A stretch of DNA of 31,869 bases from a virus (lineage: Duplodnaviria > Caudoviricetes): positions 1 to 31,869 of the IMG/VR virus record IMGVR_UViG_3300038427_000216. One strand, written 5' to 3'. The notes beneath the pieces are model-generated. The model was not told the origin of the DNA. It made no database searches and was given only the letters and a program-made list of their open reading frames with translations. Below, in pieces: positions 25,692 to 31,869 of this stretch (positions within the stretch are counted from its first letter, which is position 1; each line of letters opens with the position of its first letter). The position numbers and the translations under genes are program-made.

Positions 25692-25963
25692 CCCTTCCTC
25701 CGCGCAACCCGTTCGCGCGCCCACTGCAGGGCTTCGGCCATCGCGTCGGCATCGCGGTTGAGGTCCAACCTACTGCGCACTTCAGCCAATGAACGCACTT
25801 TACCGGCCTCTAGGTCCAAGAGGCCCGCGATGATTCCCTCCAGGTCGTGTCGATTCTCCGTCAACTTCCGCACCTGTTCGCGGAGATCATCATATTCCGC
25901 CTTTGTCAGCGTGACCGTTGTATATCCCCCCGTCAGTTCGATTGTTTTGATAGTATTGCTCAT
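25688..25963 (-). CDS. Hypothetical early protein
   Basis: 91 aa, coupled start/stop. Confidence 0.7.
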   Translation of the reverse strand: MSNTIKTIELTGGYTTVTLTKAEYDDLREQVRKLTENRHDLEGIIAGLLDLEAGKVRSLAEVRSRLDLNRDADAMAEALQWARERVARRKG

Positions 25964-26370
25964 TTTTTCCTCCGCGCCCGTCGCTCAGCCAGCCGCAGGG
26001 CTTCGGCGTGCTCTGCAAAAACCGACTCCGCATAAGGTTTGTTAAGCCTCGTTAGCGAGTGCACCAACGCCTCGGCCATCGCGTCCGCCTCGCGCTCTGA
26101 CCCCTCAGCCCGTTCCAAGAGCCAGCCGATCAAATTACCCAGATCGGGCAGAACAAGGGGCTTGTTGTGCGCTTTCTGCCACAGTTTGTCGGCCTCCATT
26201 GTGCGGGTGTGTTGAAAGTTGAAAAGCTGCTCGTTTTCGTTGTTCTCTTCCATTAGCTTCCGCACCTGCTCGCGGAGCCGTGCGAGTTCGGCGTCACGGG
26301 GATCCGGTGACCGCACCGTTGGATTACGCATGGCATCACCACAAGACGTGCTATTGTAGGTTTCGCTCAT
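25960..26370 (-). CDS. Hypothetical early coiled-coil protein
   Basis: 136 aa, ATGA coupling. Confidence 0.7.
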   Translation of the reverse strand: MSETYNSTSCGDAMRNPTVRSPDPRDAELARLREQVRKLMEENNENEQLFNFQHTRTMEADKLWQKAHNKPLVLPDLGNLIGWLLERAEGSEREADAMAEALVHSLTRLNKPYAESVFAEHAEALRLAERRARRKK

Positions 26371-26954
26371 CCGCGCTCCTCCTTCGCCATCTTACGAATA
26401 TGGTCTGCAGCCATTGCCAGCCCCGCATAATGCAATGGCCCAATTGGAGATGGATCGGTTGGTGTAACCGCGTCAGCGGCCTCTTCCAGCGCCCTGCGCC
26501 GTACCTCGTCGTCGTGGGCTGTAAGGGCGGCGGAGAGATTGAGCTTGTCCATCTCACATATCCGTTGCACGGCCGCATGCAATGATCGGTACTTGCAATC
26601 AGCCCTTGCCTCGTCGCGGCTACCGCACAAACAGTCCCGGTCGCCGCAATCCATCGGCCCCCAGTAAGAGACATATTCTTGAAGAAATTTGGCATCTTTC
26701 TGATACTGCCCGAGAACTGCCCTAAGCCCATCCCGCTGCTGGATCGCCTTGTCGCATAGCTTCATCCACTTCTCAACCGATTGCATGAGTGCGTGCTCAG
26801 AAGTCTTGCGGATGGCGAGTTCTTGCTGCGCCTCGGCCAGCGCGGACAAGATAATGTCACGCGCAGCCTTCATTTTGGTCGGGTACGGATATTCAGAAAA
26901 ACTCAGAAGACTAAATCCCGCGACCGCTGCTTCCAGTTCCTTCGGATCAATCAT
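26367..26954 (-). CDS. Hypothetical early protein (MIDPKELE...)
   Basis: Start set at ATG 26954 (SD GGAG, ATGA overlap). Confidence 0.7.
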   Translation of the reverse strand: MIDPKELEAAVAGFSLLSFSEYPYPTKMKAARDIILSALAEAQQELAIRKTSEHALMQSVEKWMKLCDKAIQQRDGLRAVLGQYQKDAKFLQEYVSYWGPMDCGDRDCLCGSRDEARADCKYRSLHAAVQRICEMDKLNLSAALTAHDDEVRRRALEEAADAVTPTDPSPIGPLHYAGLAMAADHIRKMAKEERG

Positions 26955-27182
26955 CGGCTTCTCCATTTTGGCCCCCACAATTTGCAGAACGCATCATCTT
27001 CTGCTTTCTCCAATGCCTTTGCTTCCCGCTTGCGCTGAATCCATACCTGCTCTTTGATGGTTAAATGGCTTTTATCCAATACGTCTATCAACAATTGCCG
27101 GCTTGAAGGAACAAGACGGCAACTAGGAGCAGAAGCGGTAGCCAATAGCCAAGCCAGGGCGAGATCAATCATCGGCTTCTCC
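26945..27182. repeat. 20-bp direct repeat GATCAATCATCGGCTTCTCC (copies 26945-26964 and 27163-27182)
   Basis: Exact copies; the minus strand reads GGAGAAGCCG-ATG-ATT-GAT-C (RBS plus start). Confidence 0.9.
26951..27172 (-). CDS. Small protein with signal-peptide-like N-terminus, flanked by 20-bp direct repeats
   Basis: MIDLALAWLLATASAPSC...; AT-richer than neighbours. Confidence 0.65.
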   Translation of the reverse strand: MIDLALAWLLATASAPSCRLVPSSRQLLIDVLDKSHLTIKEQVWIQRKREAKALEKAEDDAFCKLWGPKWRSR

Positions 27183-27250
27183 CTTCTTCAGCAGTTCCGC
27201 GCGCTGCTCCGGCCTGGACCTACCAGCACAATCCTTCACCCTTGCGCCCC

Positions 27251-27466
27251 TTACTCCCGCAGGCAGCTCAGCACCATGCGACAGCCATTGATAAACGCCT
27301 CTTCGGCTGAGGATGGCAATTCTCCGATCTCGTTGATTGTCTGTTCGATCAGGCCCCACTTCAGCGCTTCGGCCTGCCAAGCTGCAAACGCTGCGTCGCG
27401 GCAGAAGGCTTCCTTCCGCTCCGGCGTCATCACCGGCTGCGGTACGTTGACTGTTTGGTCGGTCAT
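27251..27466 (-). CDS. Hypothetical early protein
   Basis: ATG 27466 overlaps the previous stop. Confidence 0.6.
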   Translation of the reverse strand: MTDQTVNVPQPVMTPERKEAFCRDAAFAAWQAEALKWGLIEQTINEIGELPSSAEEAFINGCRMVLSCLRE

Positions 27467-27684
27467 CGCTTCTCTCCCTTCATTGTCCGCCGCAGCCGCT
27501 CCAGCCATCCACGCTTCGGAGCGTAGCCCAGTCTCTGCAAGGCTTCCTCCAGGCTCAGGCAGAAGAGGCCGTTCCATGCGTGCCCCCTGCCGGACTCATC
27601 CCGGTCGAACACACGGATTCCGTCCGGGGCGATGACCAGCACCCGCGTCGCTTTGCCGATTGCTTTGTGGATGTCGAAGTTCAT
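27463..27684 (-). CDS. Hypothetical early protein
   Basis: 73 aa, coupled. Confidence 0.65.
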   Translation of the reverse strand: MNFDIHKAIGKATRVLVIAPDGIRVFDRDESGRGHAWNGLFCLSLEEALQRLGYAPKRGWLERLRRTMKGEKR

Positions 27685-27971
27685 AGTACTCCCTCGTAAT
27701 CAAGAATCACAGCCATCGCTTCGTCAAAGTTCGACACAATGTTGACCTGGCCAGACCATCTTGTGTGCCACTCCTGTTCCATCAGGGTGAGCTTCCGGTC
27801 GCACTCGCGCTCGCCGGTCTTCACCTCAAAGAGAAAGTTCGCTCCGCGCCAGCCGCAGAGTAGATCAGGGCAGCCCTTGCCAACCTCGGCGAGACTCTGG
27901 ACTTGCACGCCCGCATCGCGGAGTTTTTTAACGATCTCGGCTTGCGCATTATCGATCTTGGCTGCCCTCAT
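27681..27971 (-). CDS. VRR-NUC-like PD-(D/E)XK nuclease (possible junction resolvase)
   Basis: GCPDLL...FEVK...LT..EQEW. Confidence 0.82.
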   Translation of the reverse strand: MRAAKIDNAQAEIVKKLRDAGVQVQSLAEVGKGCPDLLCGWRGANFLFEVKTGERECDRKLTLMEQEWHTRWSGQVNIVSNFDEAMAVILDYEGVL

Positions 27972-28156
27972 CCCCCCTCCTTCGCCCGGTCTCTGAGCCA
28001 GTCGCCTCGGTCGGCCAAGCGCTCAGTTACGACTTCCTCGGCTTCGCGGTAAATCTCACACTGCTGTTCCAGCGGTAGGGCGAAGAAGTCAAGCCCGCGC
28101 TTCTCGGCAATACGCTCGGCCTCAAACTGGGCCTGATCCTTGAAAATGCGGGGCAT
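27968..28156 (-). CDS. Small hypothetical protein
   Basis: 62 aa, coupled to recT. Confidence 0.65.
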   Translation of the reverse strand: MPRIFKDQAQFEAERIAEKRGLDFFALPLEQQCEIYREAEEVVTERLADRGDWLRDRAKEGG

Positions 28157-29184
28157 TACCCTTTGCCTCTCAGGTATTCGCCTTTCCGCTTCTCGAATCG
28201 TTCGAAGCTCTCGCCTGCCTTGCGGGTTAGCCCTAAGCCTTCCAGAGCTTCGGATTCGATGCGATCATGCACTTCAGTCTGCGCCTCCCGGCTTCCCTCT
28301 GGCAGCAGCGGCTGGTCGTCCGCAGGGTCGATCTGGAACAGCATCTCGGCCATTTGCGGCGCCACCGGCATCTTCTTTTCGGGCGCTTCGGTAGCGTCGT
28401 CAATTTCCTGGGATTCCGCCATCTCCGGCGTGCAGGGAAGGCTATTGAACGCGCGGTGTACGCAGGTCTTGAGCGCCATGCGATCCCAGTCCGTAACCCA
28501 CGGCACGCGGCGAGGATCGTTGTAAGCGAGCGTCGCAGGATCGATGGCCCGGATCTGTTCGAGGGTGAGGATGTCCGAATCCCTGTCGCGCTTGGACCGG
28601 CCCGGATTGCGGCTGCGGTGGCGGATGCGTTCGATCTCCTCCACCGTCATGATGTCCACGATGCGCTTCTCACCAGAGACGCAGTAGGCATACCCCAGTA
28701 CCACCTCGCCGCGGTCGGTCACTGGCTGCAGGCGCCCGTCGATCACCATGGTTAGATTAGGCTTGTGCATGAAATGCAAGCCCTCATCGTCGTACCAGTG
28801 ATCGAACGAGTCTCGCTCGCGCACCAACTCCGCCTTGACGGTCCAGCCGGCCCGATTTGCCAGGTCGATTTTCGCGCGGTAATCCAGCAGCAGTTGGCAC
28901 TCGCGGCCGAAGGGGATGAGGTAGGCGCTGCGGTCCCGAATCTCAACTTGAAGATTCGCCGCCAGCAGCACGCTGTTCAAGAAACTCGTCGGCGTCACCC
29001 CGCACAGCGCGGGCGTCTTGCGGATGCTGTTCACGATGAGCCATTGCCAGCGCTGCAGCGTCAGTTCCTTCGGCAGCACTCCGGCGAAGCTGCGCTCGTA
29101 CTTTTTCAGCAAGTCGATGAGCTTCTTGGCTGCGACCGCTTCCAACTCGGTCTGAGGGCGGGCGATCAGTTCCTGGTCAGGCAT
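28156..29184 (-). CDS. recT: RecT/Red-beta family single-strand annealing protein
   Basis: P.L....P.SF...VL.AA.L......AYLIPF...CQL.LDYR...LA.R, VRERD.F, PWVTDWDRMALKT. Confidence 0.9.
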   Translation of the reverse strand: MPDQELIARPQTELEAVAAKKLIDLLKKYERSFAGVLPKELTLQRWQWLIVNSIRKTPALCGVTPTSFLNSVLLAANLQVEIRDRSAYLIPFGRECQLLLDYRAKIDLANRAGWTVKAELVRERDSFDHWYDDEGLHFMHKPNLTMVIDGRLQPVTDRGEVVLGYAYCVSGEKRIVDIMTVEEIERIRHRSRNPGRSKRDRDSDILTLEQIRAIDPATLAYNDPRRVPWVTDWDRMALKTCVHRAFNSLPCTPEMAESQEIDDATEAPEKKMPVAPQMAEMLFQIDPADDQPLLPEGSREAQTEVHDRIESEALEGLGLTRKAGESFERFEKRKGEYLRGKG

Positions 29185-29419
29185 TGGCCTTTGTTCCTTT
29201 CTTGGGACGCCCTGGCTTTTGATGCAGTTCGCAATTCTCTAACGTGGCCTGACAGCAGAAAGCGCGATGTGAAAGATTGCCTTGTGCACCGTTGCTGGAA
29301 GCGTCAAATGCCCATCTGATCCTTACTAACCTCTGCTCTGCCGCATCGACAGTAGCCCAAGCCGAGTCGATGTACCGAACGCCCAAACATGGCACAACAA
29401 TGACCAGCCAAATCGGCAT
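29177..29419 (-). CDS. Hypothetical protein
   Basis: 80 aa, coupled. Confidence 0.55.
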   Translation of the reverse strand: MPIWLVIVVPCLGVRYIDSAWATVDAAEQRLVRIRWAFDASSNGAQGNLSHRAFCCQATLENCELHQKPGRPKKGTKANA

Positions 29420-29631
29420 CAGAACCCCCTCTGCGCGCGCATCATTGCAACGCCCATGCCGAAAATCTCCTTCGCCCTCGCCGCTGCCCGGTCTGCCGCG
29501 CGGCGCTGACGCTCCGCAGCATCGTCCGCAGCGTCATAAGGGTTCGGGTCGCAATCATCCTCGCACGTCAGCGGCCGCATCCGTTCATCGTCTTCAGCGG
29601 CTGGGCCGTAGCCTCTCGGTAGTTCACTCAT
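29419..29631 (-). CDS. Small acidic hypothetical protein
   Basis: ATG 29631 after SD AAAGGAG. Confidence 0.65.
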   Translation of the reverse strand: MSELPRGYGPAAEDDERMRPLTCEDDCDPNPYDAADDAAERQRRAADRAAARAKEIFGMGVAMMRAQRGF

Positions 29632-29647
29632 GCCATTCTCCTTTTTC

Positions 29648-29687
29648 AAAAAGGGCGGCAGCAAGAGGAGGAGAGCGCCGCCGCCCT
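29648..29687 (-). terminator. Terminator/attenuator hairpin with a CU-rich loop between the RHH gene and the early genes
   Basis: AGGGCGGCGGC-gctctcctcctctt-GCTGCCGCCCT followed by TTTT. Confidence 0.7.
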
Positions 29688-29727
29688 GTGCGCCTCGCCG
29701 AATTCCCCATCAAAGCGTGGCGCAAGC

Positions 29728-29901
29728 CTACGGATTCGGCGGTGTGTTCGGAATCCTCCCCACAAGCACCATCCGTATCCATTCCGACAGATCACGTTCC
29801 ATTGCCTTCGCCGCAGCGGAGAATTGCCGCCAATCGGCCTCGCTCATGCGGATACAGATCTGCCGCGTGAGCTTTTTCTTCGGCTTCTTTCCATTAGCCA
29901 T
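29728..29901 (-). CDS. Ribbon-helix-helix (Arc/MobC-like) DNA-binding protein
   Basis: QICIRMSEADWRQFSAAAKAMERDLSEWIRMVL; leaderless ATG 29901. Confidence 0.78.
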   Translation of the reverse strand: MANGKKPKKKLTRQICIRMSEADWRQFSAAAKAMERDLSEWIRMVLVGRIPNTPPNP

Positions 29902-29907
29902 GGACAA

Positions 29908-29937
29908 AGCATACCGCCGCAATGCAGCGCAAGTCAA
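29908..29937 (-). promoter_or_regulatory. Early leaderless promoter with an imperfect palindrome in the spacer
   Basis: TTGACT, 18 nt, TATGCT, 6 nt, ATG; spacer contains CGCnGCAnTGCnGCG. Confidence 0.75.
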
Positions 29938-29983
29938 CGACTATTTTGAGAGAATGATGAACGAATGTTCATCCGAGGAAGGG

Positions 29984-30003
29984 CGCGGGGCCGAAGCCCC
30001 GCG
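29984..30003 (-). terminator. C(UUCG)G-capped hairpin ending the late/lysis operon
   Basis: CGCGGGGC-TTCG-GCCCCGCG just after the stop at 30009. Confidence 0.7.
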
Positions 30004-30008
30004 TTCTG

Positions 30009-30353
30009 TTAGGTGGTGGCTGGAGGAGCCGCTGGGGTGTTGGTCGTGACTGCCGCAGCCATTGCGGCCGCGTTTGCATTGAGTTGCGTGACCAGCGCCT
30101 CGATAGCAGCTGGGTTGTTTGCGGCTAAGGCGGCGGCAAGTTGCGCGGCAATGCCGTTGAGCAGTGTGATGATCGAGCCGGACACCGTAGTATCGTTTGC
30201 GACGGCCGTTGTGAGGTCTGCCATCGCCTGAGCTTGAGTTGCCATGTCTTTTGTCTCCTGTGATTTCATCTGTTCGAGCAGTTGCTGTATTCGGTCAAGC
30301 TGCGCCTTGAGAGGCGCGAGGGCTTGCCGCAATTCTTTGGCGATGAAAAACAT
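30009..30353 (-). CDS. Ala-rich helical protein, last gene of the late block
   Basis: 114 aa, SD GGAGG. Confidence 0.7.
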   Translation of the reverse strand: MFFIAKELRQALAPLKAQLDRIQQLLEQMKSQETKDMATQAQAMADLTTAVANDTTVSGSIITLLNGIAAQLAAALAANNPAAIEALVTQLNANAAAMAAAVTTNTPAAPPATT

Positions 30354-30369
30354 CGCATCCCTCCAAAAT

Positions 30370-30573
30370 CTATCGGCTCCACTTCAGCGGCGGGGTGATC
30401 GCTCCGTTGACTTGCTTCAGATTAGCCCCCAGCAAGTGCGTGAAACCGTACATCCAGCGGTAGAATTGGCTGCTGGCGGTCGTCGGCTCCGGCATGGCTT
30501 GGATGGCTGCCGAGAAGATCCAGCACGCACCCGCGACCACATACGGGTTGTGAACGAGCGATTGGAAATCCAT
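30370..30573 (-). CDS. Small membrane protein, holin-like candidate
   Basis: Two hydrophobic/amphipathic segments in 67 aa, SD AGGAG, in the lysis block. Confidence 0.6.
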   Translation of the reverse strand: MDFQSLVHNPYVVAGACWIFSAAIQAMPEPTTASSQFYRWMYGFTHLLGANLKQVNGAITPPLKWSR

Positions 30574-30580
30574 AATGCTC

Positions 30581-31093
30581 CTATTGCGCCGTGCCGAAGC
30601 CCAGCGAAAAGATCAATTGGCTGCCGCTCTGGTTTGAGACATTGGAACTGACGACGCGGACCATAGGGGCAACGTACCACGTCCCCTTACCAATCGCGTG
30701 TGCAGCCATCCCGCCTGCCGACCATGCCCAGCCGGCGCTGCCGCCGTTCCAACTTGGGCCAACCGCTCCGGTTGCGTAGACGGTCCAGGCGCCCGCTGAG
30801 AGCATTTTCTGGGCAACTCCAGCCCCTACGTTGGTTGTAACGGTGATTGGCTTTACGTTTGTTGGCACGATGTCGATCACCGTGTAGGCATACGTTCCCG
30901 TGGCGTCGGCAACTGCCCTCGCATACATCGCAGTCCCGGCGCACTGCTGGGCCAGCGTTGAGGACGCGCCTTGATTCCAACTGGCGCCCACTCCCCAGAT
31001 GTTCACGGGGTTGACTGGCGCGGGAGTTGGTGTTTGCCCGAGCGCGACGAACGCGAGCGGCAGGCAGAGCGCAAGAATCTTGATGGTTCTCAT
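30581..31093 (-). CDS. Secreted beta-strand protein, possible small outer-membrane beta-barrel
   Basis: Signal peptide MRTIKILALCLPLAFVALG; alternating G/aromatic strands ending LIFSLGFG; start ATG 31093 with SD AGGAAGGA. Confidence 0.6.
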   Translation of the reverse strand: MRTIKILALCLPLAFVALGQTPTPAPVNPVNIWGVGASWNQGASSTLAQQCAGTAMYARAVADATGTYAYTVIDIVPTNVKPITVTTNVGAGVAQKMLSAGAWTVYATGAVGPSWNGGSAGWAWSAGGMAAHAIGKGTWYVAPMVRVVSSNVSNQSGSQLIFSLGFGTAQ

Positions 31094-31335
31094 TTGACGT
31101 TTCCTTCCTTCATTTTTTGTGGGGCTGCAGGGGCACCTTGGCATTTACCACGTATGCCGGTGAGATAGTAATTCCCGTCACAATAGCAGCCCACCTGACA
31201 GTCGCTAGACCATTCGCAGGTCCCGCCGCATCGATTGAGACTGCATGGGGCCGGCTTGGTGGCCACTAATATGGCCACTGTAGCAAGTAGCACCAGCAGG
31301 AAAACGGGCAAACCTTTGCAGAATCTGATAAACAT
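31090..31335 (-). CDS. Secreted or membrane-anchored Cys-rich knottin-like peptide
   Basis: Hydrophobic leader, then CSLNRCGGTCEWSSDCQVGCYC...KC; SD AGGAG. Confidence 0.65.
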   Translation of the reverse strand: MFIRFCKGLPVFLLVLLATVAILVATKPAPCSLNRCGGTCEWSSDCQVGCYCDGNYYLTGIRGKCQGAPAAPQKMKEGNVK

Positions 31336-31343
31336 TTGTACTC

Positions 31344-31529
31344 CTATTTGTCCTTTCTTTCTTTCGATCCAAACAAGCGCTTGATGCCGCGCCCGATTGC
31401 CTTGGCCCCTCTGATGATGACGGGCAGCGGCACTTTCACTTCGATGTCATGTTCGGCCGGGACTTTTGAGTAGTCAGGGCCACCAGTCAGATCCAACGGG
31501 TTCATGGGGGTGCCGGGCTGGATCTTCAC
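31344..31529 (-). CDS. Small protein with an amphipathic basic C-terminal helix
   Basis: GTG 31529 overlaps the previous stop (GTGA); ends IIRGAKAIGRGIKRLFG. Confidence 0.55.
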   Translation of the reverse strand: MKIQPGTPMNPLDLTGGPDYSKVPAEHDIEVKVPLPVIIRGAKAIGRGIKRLFGSKERKDK

Positions 31530-31780
31530 GATTCCATCCCCAGTTGGTTCTTGAGTTGAGATTCGATCACGCCGATACTGACGTACCATGGCTTCTTTAT
31601 CACGGACACCTGCAGGATTTGGTCCGCCTCGGCGTACTGTGCCACGGCTTCAACACCATGCCCGCTGATCGCCCATGAATCAGGCCCCTCATCGGCCAGC
31701 ACACTCGCACCGGCCGCCTTGAGCTTGTCGAGAAGCGTTGCGATCTGATCGCGCGTGGCGTAGACAGTGAAAGTGTTCAT
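31526..31780 (-). CDS. Small hypothetical protein
   Basis: 84 aa, SD GAGGT, ATGA coupling. Confidence 0.7.
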   Translation of the reverse strand: MNTFTVYATRDQIATLLDKLKAAGASVLADEGPDSWAISGHGVEAVAQYAEADQILQVSVIKKPWYVSIGVIESQLKNQLGMES

Positions 31781-31869
31781 GCTGTTACCTCAAGCCTGCG
31801 GTCCGTGTCGTCCGCAATCTGCTGGCGAATTGGATGCGCCATCACGATGCAGCCTTTACTAGCCGAGCC
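31777..31869 (-). CDS. C-terminal fragment of a Tlde1/DUF2778-like L,D-transpeptidase-fold protein, candidate endolysin (partial)
   Basis: Hand translation GSASKGCIVMAHPIRQQIADDTDRRLEVTA*; SxGC catalytic motif; only 30 aa visible. Confidence 0.55.
   Translation of the reverse strand, partial: GSASKGCIVMAHPIRQQIADDTDRRLEVTA

Larger units (their letters stand above)
1..31869 (-). mobile_element. Tailed dsDNA phage (prophage or episomal phage genome), short-tail/podovirus-like gene set
   Basis: Co-oriented terminase-portal-scaffold-capsid-adaptor-tail block plus RecT, replication protein and lysis-type genes. No host housekeeping genes and no tape-measure gene in the window. Confidence 0.93.

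Noticed and set aside
1-31869. tRNA, rRNA or CRISPR array
   Set aside because: None recognised by eye; tRNAscan-SE and Infernal were not run.

Overview
The whole window is part of a GC-rich tailed dsDNA phage genome, read almost entirely on the minus strand. An Acidobacteriota-like host is a guess from gene style only. From the right end it carries the end of a lysis/late block (31869-30009), then a small ribbon-helix-helix gene with its own promoter, then an early block (RecT, VRR-NUC-like nuclease, lambda-O-like replication protein with iteron-like repeats, many small ORFs; 29901-23062). Next come a 3.6-kb IS1-family cargo transposon with perfect 17-bp terminal inverted repeats (19480-23116) that truncates an older IS1-type transposase, and a control region (17560-19060). 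The short-tail morphogenesis block follows: terminase small and large subunits, portal, scaffold, major capsid, adaptors and tail protein. No integrase or CI/Cro switch is visible. A 28-bp dif-like XerC/XerD site lies at 18369-18396 with KOPS-like octamers nearby, which suggests a tailed phage that uses host Xer recombination. Other notable items are a shared TAGCGCTA operator in three leaderless promoters of the IS region, a Thr-start proteasome-beta-like cargo gene, a tail gene apparently split by an inserted adhesin cassette, tiny protamine-like head-region peptides, a gene cassette bounded by RBS/start-codon direct repeats, and a secreted knottin-like peptide. All protein family calls come from motif recognition by eye; no database search was run.
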